DNA of 64,000 nt from Eledone cirrhosa (Eukaryota): the NCBI GenBank assembly GCA_964016885.1, contig OZ024741.1:124000001-124064000 (forward strand). Reading direction: 5' to 3'. Below, in pieces: positions 32,761 to 49,830 of the stretch (the first letter of the stretch is position 1; the number at the start of each line of letters is the position of its first letter). The translations under genes were made by a program, and so were the position numbers. The notes beneath the pieces were generated by a model. The model was not told where the DNA came from and did not search any database. It was given only the letters and a program-made list of their open reading frames with translations.

Positions 32761-33835
32761 ACATTATGAAGAGAGAAGAAACATTTAGATATAATTAGTA
32801 ATAAAATGTATCATACCTAAACTGCTCCTAGATTCCTCGACTACGTAGTTTCGTGGCATAAACAAAAACAATACATCATAAAGATATAGAGTCCTTGCGA
32901 GGTCTGCCGACTTATCACGGTTGGGTGCGGATGCATTCATGTATATGTGTGTGTCCGCATGTATCTGTGTGTTTCTAAATATATTGTTAATAACTCCCTC
33001 TGGTCGAGCAATCTTTGAGGTGTGGAGACTGCTGGAAAGCTTCCATTACTCATACCTATCGCCTCCTTCACCACCTCTTCTACGGCTTCGATATAAATAT
33101 CCCCTCCGCCTCCGTGGTATTTTCTTCGGGGTTATAGGAGGCTTAACTCTGTTTCTCGACCGTTATATCGCGTGACTATCTCCCCCTCCGCCTTTTGGGA
33201 TTCTTTCTCACGTGGTGTAGACGCGGTCTTGAGACTAGTAAAATGAGGTATCCTCTTGATAAGTCGGCAGACCTCGCAAGGACTCTATATCTTTATGATG
33301 TATTGTTTTTGTTTATGCCACGAAACTACGAAGTCGAGGAATCTAGGAGCAGTTTAGGTATGATACATTTTATTACTAATTATATCTAAATGTTTCTTCT
33401 CTCACCATAATGTATTTTTAACTCTGATACTGGTTCAGTCTAGTTCAACCGGATTGGTCTGTCCCAGTTATTCATTGAGCAACATCGGTGAAGTTGGTAC
33501 CCTTAACTCACGGTTGGGTGCGGATGCATTCATGTATATGTGTGTGTCCGCATGTATCTGTGTGTTTCTAAATATATTGTTATATATATATATATGTATA
33601 TATATATATAGATATATGTATATATATATAGATAATCGGTGAAGTTGGTACCCTTAACTCACGGTTGGGTGCGGATGCATTCATGTATATGTGTGTGTCC
33701 GCATGTATCTGTGTGTTTCTAAATATATTGTTATATATATATATATGTATATATATATATAGATATATGTATACATATCCTAAACCGACGGTAGTCGGTT
33801 TAGTAATATTGTTGTCTTAGTGATTTCGTTGGCAT
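32761..33835 (+). mobile_element. Fold-back element with degenerate HHR and triplicated 3' segment
   Basis: ~155-bp inverted arms 32761-32917 / 33257-33413; segment cacggttgggtgcggatgcattc..aatatattgtta occurs three times (~32916, ~33509, ~33660). Confidence 0.72.
33251..33340 (+). ncRNA. Type I hammerhead ribozyme with mutated core and long loop 2
   Basis: tcctc-TTGATAA-gtcggca...tgccac-GAAAC-tacgaa-GTC/gagga; perfect 5-bp stem I; core has 2 transitions from CTGATGA. Confidence 0.65.
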
Positions 33836-33837
33836 AT

Positions 33838-37255
<3,418 letters not shown>

Positions 37256-37257
37256 GG

Positions 37258-37862
37258 TAAATATACACGGGTGTGTATGATTGTGTATAGAAGATTATAT
37301 TAATAAGAGGAATTCCAACTTTGTCTGATTTACTCGTTTTATTTACAATCCTTTAAAATATATATAATGGTATTATAATGAAATAGTATGATAGAATATT
37401 AAATTCTAAGTGTTAATTGAACAAGTACTTTCATGCTTTCGCAATCTTCAGGTTCATGATATGTTGTGACAGTCGAGTTTGCAATTTTCAACTGTAATGA
37501 GATGGGTAAATTTCCTACCTTTTATACATTTTATACAGAGAAAAGTGGCTCCAGAATGCAAAGCCCTGTAAACTGTATTTCGACCAATCAGTGTGTAGTT
37601 TCACTGAATTACTACAGCTGATTGGTTTAAGCGTCACGGCTGGTTGAGCATGCTAACGACCAATATTGGTCGAAATACAGTTTACAGGGCTTTGCATTCT
37701 GGAGCCACTTTTCTCTGTATAAAATGTATAAAAGGTAGGAAATTTACCCATCTCATTACAGTTGAAAATTGCAAACTCGACTGTCACCACATATCATGAA
37801 CCTGAAGATTGCGAAAGCATGAAAGTACTTGTTCAATTAACACTTAGAATTTAATATTCTAT
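37258..37862 (+). mobile_element. Young HHR-bearing fold-back element in (TA)n
   Basis: ~198-bp inverted arms 37391-37588 / 37665-37862, one mismatch seen; junction contains palindrome cgaccaatattggtcg. Confidence 0.82.
37797..37835 (+). ncRNA. Type I hammerhead ribozyme (inverted copy at 37418-37456, minus strand)
   Basis: tgaac-CTGAAGA-t-tgc-gaaa-gca-t-GAAA-gtac-TT/gttca; perfect stem I, GNRA loop 2, palindromic AAGTACTT. Confidence 0.85.
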
Positions 37863-37937
37863 ATATATATATATATATGTGTGTGTATATATATATATAT
37901 ATGTGTGTGTATATATATATATATATGTGTGTGTATA

Positions 37938-37976
<39 letters not shown>

Positions 37977-38225
37977 ATATATATATGTGTATATATATAT
38001 ATATATATATGCATATATATGTGTATATATATATATATATATTTAAATCTTTTCCTAGGCCTTGTACTTTCGTTGCTCTGGTAATGCGGTCGGACTGCCG
38101 ACTGCTATATCTAATTTGCTAAGATGTCTGAACATAATGTTATACTCTGGGGTCTTACCTCTCTGAGTGCTAAAGCTACAAACCGAATAAGCATACACGC
38201 TAGATTGGCCGTATACTAGAGCTTC

Positions 38226-38310
<85 letters not shown>

Positions 38311-38312
<2 letters not shown>

Positions 38313-38520
38313 GCACGTCGGCTTGAATGCTTTGCTGTATTCGTTCCGGTTCTCTGACATCTGAGTTCAAATCCCATCGATATCAACTATCTCATTCGTC
38401 CATTTAAAATCGGTAAGTAATTAGTAGTGTGCTACTGGGGGTCAATTCTTTGTCACTTCTTTTCAGTCAGTCTTCTCCAGAAGAAATCCGATGTACTCAA
38501 AACTGGAGAAATGCCGTAGA
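38311..38520 (+). repeat. Inverted duplicate of 31085-31296 (family A SINE part plus unique flank)
   Basis: Reverse complement matches across the SINE/flank boundary (cttctccagaagaaatc.gatgtactcaaaactggagaaatgcc). Confidence 0.8.
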
Positions 38521-39283
38521 TCGTCTGTATTTCTATATGCACTTCCTTATTACTAGTTCAGATATATAAACGGGTTTAGATCGATATCCAATGATTTCAA
38601 TCTCGTTGTTTACAATTTGCTCAAAAACTTCTTCTGTAGCATACCCACAGATTAATTGTAATGCAACATCCCCAGACAAATGCCTAAGCTTTGAAAACAG
38701 TGGAATTATTGTAACAACAGATTAACAACTATCTCGAATTCCGTGGAGAACCCACTGGTCCTCGAGAAATAATGGTTTCTAACTTAGGTGCCGCCCCCCA
38801 CCCACCCACCCCACCCCACCCCACAGGAAGGGAAAAATCAGTCAAATCGACACCAGAACGTTACTGGTACTTTATTTCAACGATGCCGTTAGGATGAAAA
38901 GTAAAGTTAACCTCGGCGGGCTTTGAACTCAGAATCTAAAGCGCCGTCACTATATGCTGCAATAATATGCTGCATAAATCCAAAGCCAGAATGTTCAGGA
39001 CAATGGAATTCTCAGCAACTATCAGTCCAATATAACAAGTCGCATGGATTAGTTGTAAGAGCGTTGGTAATGCAAACGTGAGGTTATGCGTTTGATTCCC
39101 GGACTTGGTGAGGCTTTGAGTCCTTGAGCAAGACAATTTATTTCACTTTGGTCCACTTTAGTTTGATTGATCATGATATGCCCATACTTTGACTAGAAAA
39201 TAGTGGTGTTGACACCACTTATTGGTGCTCGCGATATCCTTGAAAATATGTATAAGTCTAATCATTGATATATTGGAAAAAGA

Positions 39284-39320
39284 GTCTTAATGTTTCATCG
39301 TTAGTTCTTCATCAGATGAC
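39284..39320 (-). ncRNA. Degenerate minimal HHR (family of 43480-43515)
   Basis: Minus strand: gtcat-CTGATGA-agaactaacgat-GAAAC-att-aagac. Confidence 0.5.
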
Positions 39321-39376
39321 ATGAGTAATAGAAAGATAGACGGAAGTCAGAAGTGGAAAAAAAACATTGAAACATT

Positions 39377-39466
<90 letters not shown>

Positions 39467-40150
39467 AATAAAAGCAATATTACAGACGTATAACGAGTAG
39501 TGCAATGCAGATAGGCTAGGGAATAAACGGATAACGGTACAAAGTTATGACGTTTCTTTTAAATTTGATAACATAAAATGTATTATAACCTTTTGTCTAG
39601 TGCTAAACTGCAAAGTACAGATGCATTTATGTGACCCGCTGTGAACAGGTGTTATGAATATAACTGGTTGGTTTTGTTGTTATAATTGCTGTTGTTTGTT
39701 CTTATGTTTAGATCGGGAAGTACGCTGTGATTCCGCCTTTTTGACAGCTGGATTCGCTTCAGGTAAATGTATATCGTACTTAGAGAAGGTAGCAGTTGAA
39801 AATAACATTAGTAGGTGCGGATGGGGGTGAAACAATAACAATGTATATCGTACTTATTGAGAAGGTAGCAGCTGAAAGTATGGGTGGGTGTGGTGGATTA
39901 GTAACACAAAACAACAACAACAGTAATGATAGCAAGGGCAACAATAATAACAACAATAACAACAACAATTGTAACAACGACAACAGCAGAAAAGAGAACT
40001 TCAACAACCACGACAAATGCAACAACAACAAAAACAAGAGCACCAATAATAATTACATTAATACACCAAAAGCAACAACAATTATAACACCAATAATAAC
40101 AACAACAGCACCGAGAAGAAGAAGAAGAAGAAGAAGAAGAAGAAGAAAAG

Positions 40151-40320
40151 TGGATTCTTAATTAGAAACAAGGCCAGTATATCTGGGGGAGGGGGAAGTC
40201 GATTAAATCGACCTCAATACATTATTGGTGCTTTATTTTATCGACCCGTAAGGATGAAAGGTTAAGCTAACTTTGGCTGGATTTGAACTCACAACGTAAA
40301 GTATGTCCGGCTCTCTACCG
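40151..40320 (-). mobile_element. Family A SINE (others at 7455-7595, 38770-38960, 41838-42000, 61830-61970)
   Basis: Same central domain and B box as the other copies. Confidence 0.7.
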
Positions 40321-40986
40321 AAGAAGAAGAGAAGAAGAAGAGAAGAAGAAGAAGAAGAAACAAAACATGAGGTGGAGGGGTGGATGAAGAGTATAATGAG
40401 AATTACGGAGGCAACAGCCGCAAGAATACAGGCATCAGTAACTATAGCAACAAGTACAATAACAGTAAGAAAATCAACAGCGCCACCACTAGCAATAAAA
40501 TTTGCGGCAACTGAAGCAGCAGCATCAGTAAGAAAACACAGAGGTACAGCAACAACATGTGCATTAGTTGCACCAGAGAAGCAGTTGTAGAAGCAGCTGC
40601 AGCACCACCAGTAACACCAGCAGAAGCAAAATTCGAAATCAGCAGCTGGTACTAATTAAATAAATATAGCTGATGAAGCAATAACAGCAGCAACAACACC
40701 TACAGCAGCAGCAACAGCATTAGAGACGCATGCAGTAGTGGCAGCCACACCTGTAATCTATAAATACGAGTTACTGGGTGTGTCCGCATGGTTTCTAGCT
40801 TCGACAAACACAAGAATTGTAGTTAGGTATTAATGTAAATAAACCACAAAATCAAATATATCATTGCAAGTTCGTAACGTTCTCCCGCCACGAAAGAAAT
40901 TGTCACGTTTAATTACATGCGATTTGTTTTAGTGCACACTCCTAGAATAGTGACTATGGAGTATCCCAGGCTCAATAGAGAAAAAC

Positions 40987-41046
<60 letters not shown>

Positions 41047-41073
41047 CCAATGTCAATAAATACTCCAGGATTT

Positions 41074-41134
41074 TTTCATTCTGATGATTGAAAGCAAAAT
41101 TTGTTTGCTTTCAAGAAACCACTGGTAAATGAAA
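41074..41134 (+). ncRNA. Type I hammerhead ribozyme, intact, in a ~125-bp insert between (TA)n tracts
   Basis: tttcatt-CTGATGA-ttgaaagcaaa-atttg-tttgctttcaa-GAAAC-cactg-GTA/aatgaaa; 7-bp stem I, 11-bp stem II. Confidence 0.9.
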
Positions 41135-41182
41135 TATTTGCCTTATGTTGTTTATTACATAACTATATATATATATATATAT

Positions 41183-41238
<56 letters not shown>

Positions 41239-41636
41239 TTCAAACATTTTTTTTATGTAATAAAAATACATATATACATACATATATGTAAATATATATA
41301 TACACACATACATATGTATATATATGTGTGTGTGTATTTATATTTCTTTCAATAAAGAATCGGTTCACGTTCGAATCTCATCGAAGTTACTATTCTTGGC
41401 TGTTTCTCTTATGCCTCTGACTATTTCTGGTTCATCTACGCTTAATTAAGTTGGGGCTCACAGTTTTAAACAAGGTGAACATCGTTGCTTTAATTAAATA
41501 AACTGCAAAACAAAATATACTTGTTCGTTTTCGTATCTTATGTACGTCAAAGAATGTAATTTTTTTCACGTCATGCGTCGTATATTTTCAGACATATAAT
41601 ACGAAACACACGCATGCGCACACGCACACGCACACG

Positions 41637-41768
<132 letters not shown>

Positions 41769-43479
41769 CAGAAAACTGCCAAGAGGATAGAATACCTGCC
41801 AGTAGTAAATATTTAGGAAAGATATAGAAGTAAATATAGGAGAGCGGCGCCGAATTGGCAGAATCCTTAGAACGGATAGAATGTTTTGTGCTGTTCGTTT
41901 TGGCTCTTGCTCCCTCAATTCAAATCCCACTAAGATCTACTATGCTTTTTATCCATTCGTGATCGATAAAAAAAGTACCGGTCTAGTACTGGGTTCGATT
42001 CTTCCTCTTTATTCCATTCTCAATTCCTTTCGCTCATTTCTATCCTTCTCTGGAAGAAATCAGCTGTACTCTGGCCTAGAGATGGGATGGGCTCCGCCAG
42101 CTTTAAAATGTCTTAAGAAACACCATATATCATTATGGTGCCTCTACAATCCCCTCAAGTGTTACGAGATGTTCATATTTGGATTAACTTATTATAGTTC
42201 TATCCGATCAGAGCTGACCTGAAGTTAAGCAACAACCAAATATATTCAATCATGAGAGAGAATACAAGCAATCATATGCTCACACACATGCAGATACACA
42301 CGTACATGCACACACAGATACACAAATACATGCCACTAAACCATTGTCATAGGTTTACTTGATCCTTGGGCTAAACAACAACCACATCAACAACAAGAAG
42401 GAGGAAATCAAATGGACCTCCGACGGTTTCAACGATAAGTATTACAATGGAAATTATGGGGTAAGTGACTGAAGATTTTACAGAGCATGTAACCGCAATG
42501 TAATTCTTAGGGAGATTCAACGTTACACAGTTTGTGACCCCCTGCGTTCCAGATATAGGCCACCCGACGGGTTTTCGAACATTTTTTCTTGACCCAATTA
42601 CAGTCAGATGACATGGGTCGACTATAAATTATGGTAAATGACTCTTTACCTGGATGCCACTCTGTGAGATCAAACCCGACACCTAATAATTTAGAAACTA
42701 ACTCTTTAAATGTTTGGCAACTTTGTGTCCCCTGTCTGACTGTAATATAATGTAATATGAGGTCAGAACTTCCAGTAGGCCAGGCTAATCCTGGAAGGAA
42801 GAATTGGAACAGGAAGAGAGAATAACATCAATACCAAGGCCCCCGATAAAAAATATAATAATGAATAAGTTAATAAAATAATAATATTATAATAAAGTAA
42901 AATAAAAAGAAATATCTATAGAAAAGGAAAAACAATCCGCAGCAGCTGCATCATATTCTATAGCAAAAATAACATGAAAATAACAAAATTATCGGTTTCA
43001 ACAACAATAACATCAACAACAATAATACGATTAATATCTTCACTAAGAAGAAGAAGAAGATCAACAACAACAACAGCAGCAACAACAAAAACAACAACGT
43101 CTCCCTCACCATCAAAAGCAGTAACAACGTCATTCTGGCAATGTTCCTATATCAATGTGCTTGAAGAAAACGTTCGCCAACGCCTAAACCTTTCTACAAG
43201 AGGAACCAAGAAAACTTTTTTTCGAACAGAAAGTTTTAAATAGCCTATGTAGCCAGGTGCGGCAATAATTTCAAAGAGGGCGTGGTACCCTCAGCCAAAA
43301 GGTTGGTAATACGTATCTTGTCAATTGGGGCGTGAATTCTCACCATGGCCAAACGTTCTCCCCCCCCTCTCTCTCTCTCTGTATGATGTCAACATGAATG
43401 GACCTGTTATTTTTATCTAAAGATATTTTTTACAATTCCATCCCGCCCGTCCCCACAATCTATTATATTTCTCATTCTT

Positions 43480-43515
43480 TCTTCTGATGAAGGACTAGCG
43501 TCCGAAACGTTAAGA
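43480..43515 (+). ncRNA. Minimal PLE-type hammerhead ribozyme
   Basis: tctt-CTGATGA-a-GGAC-tagc-GTCC-GAAAC-GTT/aaga; about 85 nt upstream of a (TA)n tail. Confidence 0.8.
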
Positions 43516-43595
43516 CCTTCTTCCTGCTATATCAAGCGTTAACCTAATATATACCTTCCATATACTGTACCGATTGTGTTGTTATTTCTGTTTAC

Positions 43596-43667
<72 letters not shown>

Positions 43668-43672
<5 letters not shown>

Positions 43673-44525
43673 GGATATGTGTTCCTTCACGCACAAGGCG
43701 CTAAGGGACGCATGTATTGTCCAACCAAATGCCAGTGTGGTTCAATGGCAGGTTAATAAATTAACGAGCCAGAACATATATAAACAAGGTTTAGCAAATA
43801 ATGAAAAAGTTTCAAAATAAATTTTAAAAAATTGACTTTACCTACTATAGTTACCTTTACCGATCGGTTTCGAATCCCAAAAATAAACGGAGGCCATACG
43901 GCTATAGGATATGTGTTCCTTCACGCACAAGGCGCTAAGGGACGCATTGGGATTCGAAACCGATCGGTAAAGGTAACTATAGTAGGTAAAGTCAATTTTT
44001 TAAAATTTATTTTGAAACTTTTTCATTATTTGCTAAACCTTGTTTATATTTGTTCTGGCTCGTTAAGTTATTAACCTGCCATTGAACCACATTGGCATTT
44101 GGTTGGACAATACATGCGTCCCTTAGCGCCTTGTGCGTGAAGGAACACATATCCTATTATTACTATTCTCCTCTATTGTTGAGAAGCAAATTTGGTCGTT
44201 CCGACTGCTGCTAGTGATAGTTGCGGCCGGTTGACCTACCTCCCTCTGCCTCTATCTTTACTTCGGCCCTTGAAAAAATTGATTCCACTTCATTCACTCT
44301 CATCTCGGGAACAGTTTTGGATAGCGCTAGTTCGTAATTTAAATTCAAGAATTTTATAGTCTTCGAATGAAAAGAACCTTCTGACGAGAATCTTTCTTTG
44401 CAACGAAGGCCGTATGGCCTCCGTTTATTTTTGGGATTCGAAACCGATCGGTAAAGGTAACTATAGTAGGTAAAGTCAATTTTTTAAAATTTATTTTGAA
44501 ACTTTTTCATTATTTGCTAAACCTT

Positions 44526-44533
<8 letters not shown>
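43668..44533 (+). mobile_element. Retrozyme-like / PLE pseudo-LTR element: 484-nt unit with ~100-bp direct repeat and 5' inverted copy, in (TA)n
   Basis: 43947-44049 repeated at 44431-44533; GAAACCGATCGGTA ends at 43969 and 44453; 43668-43902 is an inverted copy; no credible ORF. Confidence 0.82.
44376..44458 (+). ncRNA. Canonical intact type I hammerhead ribozyme; predicted cleavage after 44453
   Basis: acctt-CTGACGA-GAATCTT..(aggccgtatggcct hairpin)..GGGATTC-GAAAC-cgatcg-GTA/aaggt. Confidence 0.92.
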
Positions 44534-44595
<62 letters not shown>

Positions 44596-46041
44596 CAATT
44601 TATATGGAGGCGCATAACCTAACGTTGTTCGACTTACGATTAAGCATGGGTTCTATTATTGCTGGACTAGGTGGTGCGTTGTGTTCTTCAGCAAAACATT
44701 TCATTTTCCGCTGCTCAGCTGAAAATGAGTACCAATATTTTTGTATTGTCTGTCGCACTACGCCACGGACACCAAGATAAGCACCGACCTGATGTACATT
44801 CATAGCTGAAAATAGCTCTGATGAAAAACGTTCTGTAAACTACATTAAAAAGTAGAAGATGCTCGGTAACGTGTGTAATTAATTTGCATGGTAAATCTCG
44901 ATAAGGGACTTCATCACTTTGAAACATAAAAGAAAAGAAAAAGGAAAGAAGCTGATAGTCAGATGAAACCAATAAAACTTATGTGTCCATAGATCTTTCC
45001 ATAACTGATACAATCTCTCTGACGTAAGTCCCAACAGACCTTTTGCTTTCGTCGAACTTACTTATCTATTGCTCTTTCAGTGTTTGCCGCCTGTTCGTAA
45101 TCGTGAGGTTGCGAGTTCGATTTCCAGACAGGGCGGTGCGTTATGTTCTTGAGCAAGAAACTTTATTTCACATTATTCAACAATGGAAAGACCGATAGTA
45201 GCATTTTTACCGAATGAGGTCTAGGATCTTCTCGAACATTTCCTTCCTTGACCCATTTTAATCATCTCTCGTTTTCTTTCGTTTCTTTCGAACGAAATCC
45301 ATTCTATTTTGATAGTAGTGTCGATATAGGACTCCAAGCTAGGATTTTCCAAACTTTTCAACCGAAAAACAGCTGAACCTGAAGAGTCGGTTGAAGATCT
45401 CAAAATATTCGGTTTTGCGCTGGCATATTTTCCACGTGATTCTTTCCTCTGCGAGTATGTTTTGTCCCATGTTCCACTCATAGCATTAATTTATCACATA
45501 CACCAACGCACCACACCCCTCTCTCATCCGATCTAAATTGGCTATACAGGTATAGTTCAACCTTCGTCATGGATTGGTTCCAGAAGTCTAAAAATCGACT
45601 AATGTCAAATTAACCCTTCTATAAAGCGCTAATAGCCAATCTCTATATTACTTTTTGATCTATAATTTAGCATTTATTTAAATGTGATTTTATGTTTACA
45701 TTGTATTTTTTTATGTTTTTTATGCCTGAACATTTTTAGCAGATCGACGTAAAGTTGAGTCAATCAACATACTATGAGATTAAATTCTACTATATAAGAT
45801 TAAGAAAAACCACCGTAACTTAGAAAATAACGAACCCGAAACAACGTAAACCGGCTTATCCTCAAGAGGGTACAATATAACAACTACGTATAAGCAACTT
45901 AACTTCTATAGTATATATACTGTATATGAACAATATATATATATATAGTGTATATACAGTATATATACTACTAGAATACAGAGCAGGTATTGAAATAGCC
46001 TCATATGCTTTAAGCTCTAATCCTTTCGTTCTCTCTCTGTC

Positions 46042-46145
<104 letters not shown>

Positions 46146-47436
46146 GGTATATATATATATATAGAGAGAGAGATGCAGAGAGAGAGAGAGAATTACATTT
46201 GAGTTAGACGTGTCTGTGGCATGCGCAGCTACTTACAGGCTAATTTCATGTGCTGGCCGTTCTGCTCATTGGGAAACTGTGACACTCATCTTAGAAACCG
46301 ATGGCAGTTAGATTAATAAGTTAATTTTCTCAATAATATTTTAAGATTCCAATTGGTTGGAGTCGGGATGACATCCGGCCATCAAAATTGGAACCCCTGA
46401 TTAGTTTGAAGTGTGCTATGTTGTTCGCGAGACTCAACTCTAATTTAGCAAGGAGATAATGGGTTAAAACAGTATTGCTTATTAATTTTAATTCTTTTAT
46501 TGGTTAAAAATATCCCGAAAAGTATGACGTATAAATTGGAAGTAAATTCCATAAGGCAGTTTAACGTGTATTGCTTTCTGACGAACATGTTGATTCAGCA
46601 GTGCATTAGAGAGGCGTTATATTTTTCGAAACATTCATAAGAAGAACGTTGTGTTATCTTTCAGGATTATCAATGTGAGAGATATGTCACTTTAAATTAC
46701 TGCAGTAGTTTGGTAAAAATGGAAATGCCTGCGCACCTAAAAAAAGGTCAAGTGTTACTGAATGTTACATGATGAAGAAGCAAGCATATTGCTTGAGAAA
46801 GAATTGAAATCTTTGGTAAGATAACCTTTTGATCTTGTGTTAATGCCAATTTGGTTGTAATGCTAGTTGTGTGGAAACATCTTTATTAAGGGAAGGTTCA
46901 TAAAAACAATATGTATTCTAGCGAACGTTCTTAAGTGTATTCGTAAAACGCTGAATGCTTCTGCTTATCTTGTCTTGATGGTAGATAAATAGATAAATAG
47001 TTTAATGGATTCTCTTTCTTCCCTCGAGATTCAATGAGTTCAACTATCAGCGGATCAACTTTACCGTTCATTCGTCCGGGATCGATAATATAAGAACAAA
47101 TAATATGCCAGAATTAATTAAGTAGAATGCATCGTTAAGGAGATGGGTACATTTTTAAGAGTAGTACACGACCAGACGAAATTCTTTCGTAATAGTTATT
47201 TAAGTCCAGGACAGAGGATTGAGAGATTCATTAGTTTAATCGTTTGTATCGTATTACAGTGTATTCAATCGGAGAGACATAAGAGAAGTCACCAGGATGT
47301 GATTTGCAGTCATACTTTCTCCAACAATAACTTGGAGATATCAGTGTTAGATCCAAGCTTCATTGCATAGCAAGCTGAAGATCGCAAACCAAGGAAATAT
47401 CAATCGCTCTCTGATAGGTGTCTCATCGAAACGAAA

Positions 47437-47520
47437 GCGCCGGAAACATTGACGTCCTGTTTCATTTAACCGCCTCTCTACTAACTGAGATCGGGATCCG
47501 CAAGAACGACGTATGTGAGT
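47437..47520 (+). promoter_or_regulatory. Possible promoter / non-coding first exon
   Basis: Local CpG enrichment, ETS-like CCGGAA next to CRE-like TGACGTC, then donor-like GTGAGT (47515) in a repeat-poor region. Confidence 0.25.
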
Positions 47521-48870
47521 TGTATGTATAGATATAACCTGATGGCTTTTATAAAGTTGCGTGTTCTTTTTGGTTGAATGATTAGTTGCTGTAAATGCTA
47601 TTTTCCAACACAAGTCAATACATTTGGGTGGATTTTTCTTGAAAAACCTCTACGTTAAGTATATTTTAAGACTAGATCTCTGATCAGATATTACAATCTT
47701 AATTAGTTAGGTAACTATGTTAATTAGTATAATTTCTTATTCATAATGAAAAGGTGGTTTGGACAAATTGTAAATTAAATCATGTTTTTCCTTAGATTTT
47801 TTTTATTTTGCTTAATTCTTAATCTTAAAATACAATATATTATTATACGTATATATAATTTTCTATCAATGAAGCTCTATAAAAATATAGATTTTTAGCC
47901 TGTGTAATCCATTTGAGCTCTTTATGGTATAATATGATTGACATAATTTTATTTTCATCTAATTTTATGACATGTATTATTTTATAAACTTTACGACTGA
48001 ATTGGAGACCTTGAATCTTCTAGAGAATTGCATTACTAGATTAACCGGAACATTCATCGACGAAAGCGATGGATGTTCACTTCATTTTCATATTAGGAAA
48101 ATACTTTTAAAGAACAAAAAATACTTTACTATACTTATATCCAGCTACCCTTACGTAATGGCTGAATTTTTAAAGTGTAAAAAGAATAACATAAAAACAA
48201 TTACGGTTATTTTATTCTCTTCAGTTCATCATTAATATACGATCAGTTGTAGGCAGAAATTCCCCGAATAATGTGTAACAATTGCTTAAGTTATTTTTCA
48301 ATAGTAAATAAAATACTAAACACAAAGTAATGTTGAAATGTAGAAATAACAAACACCACTGTCTTTTGTTTAAATTATCTTTCCCTTTCTATGTATGTTT
48401 TATCTGACACGTTATTTCATTCTGTTCACAAGAGAATTTCTATATAAAAAAATTAACATCTTTCAAAGTTTATTAGGTTATTCTCAAATAATAAAGATAC
48501 GTTATTTCACGCTTTTTTTGGAAAGTTTCCAGTTAATACATTAGTGAGCAAAACAAGCGTCACATAATCAGGTGTTTGTGAAGAATGTTATGTCTTGCAC
48601 TTGTCAGTTATAACTATTTGAAATGTATTTTATTCTTCTTTAGATAATTATCTAAACACACTTTGAATTGTTCTCTTATCTGAGTATACATACGTATTAT
48701 GTATTCCCCTGAGGCTTTTGTCCTGTTAATACACTGTGAATAGAAAATTCAGATGACTTTTTCTTTCTCTCTACTTAACACTTTAAAATTGTATATGTTG
48801 TGTAATTTATGAGTCAGATAGAGATTCGTTTGTGATTAGTTACTTCAATCGACTTTATATATATATATAA

Positions 48871-48933
<63 letters not shown>

Positions 48934-49069
48934 CGTGTTTGTGTGAGTGAATGTACGGGTTTCTGTATATATATATATCATTGGATTATATTACGTATTC
49001 TCCCGTGTTTTTCATCGTTGGCTTCGCTTATACACGCACACACAAACACACACACATACACACACACAT

Positions 49070-49127
<58 letters not shown>

Positions 49128-49589
49128 ATACGTATATTGATTTTCTTTTTATTAGGTACACAACTGTGCGTTGTTTAGTTAAATCACGCCCAATGTATAA
49201 CTAAGACTTATGTTATGCTAAGATACCCCCCCCCCCCACACACACACACAAAAGCTCGCAGCGGACTATTTTCTTTCTTTTGTGACTCTGCAGTAACCAA
49301 AAACGCTTCACTTTCGAAATGCCACAATTTTATATACATATATATTCACTGTATACACATTATTGCAACGTCAATATTGTCATCAGTTGATATTTCAACA
49401 GAAAACATCACGATGTGAAACAAGATGCTGATACTAATATTTAAATGCGCATCTAAATTTTGTGATACATTAACAATCAGTAACATAGATTACAGTACTG
49501 ACTTGGTATTTAGTTTACAGGCACCAGAAAACTAAAAGGCATGTCAACTTCGAAAATATATTAACTTAATATATCGATTTATAATAATC

Positions 49590-49830
49590 AACTATTGATT
49601 CCTTGTATGATATTATTTTAAATTTGGCACAATGGATGTTTTACTTTATCTTCCTTGTACTTATATGTGTTAAAATGATAGGTTTTAGCCTTCATTAAAT
49701 ATTCAGGTAAAATATTTCCCTTATAAAAAGAGCTGCGCCTCGTTTCCATAGCATACTTCACCGAATTGATCGTGTTTTGTTACGTGTGGCTCGAAATTGA
49801 GTATGACTTGGTAACAAACAGTATAGATTC
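49590..49830. repeat. Unclassified ~240-bp dispersed repeat, second copy at ~53855-54070
   Basis: Shared tatcttccttgtac..atgtgtt.aaa...atttcccttat.aaaagagctgcg.ctcg.ttcca...catacttcacc. Confidence 0.65.

Noticed and set aside
45221-45481. 86-aa minus-strand ORF in unique sequence
   Set aside because: No recognisable motif in any frame; cannot be supported
47405-47440. HHR-like CTGATAG..GAAACG
   Set aside because: Core is not CUGANGA and there is no NUH triplet; likely chance
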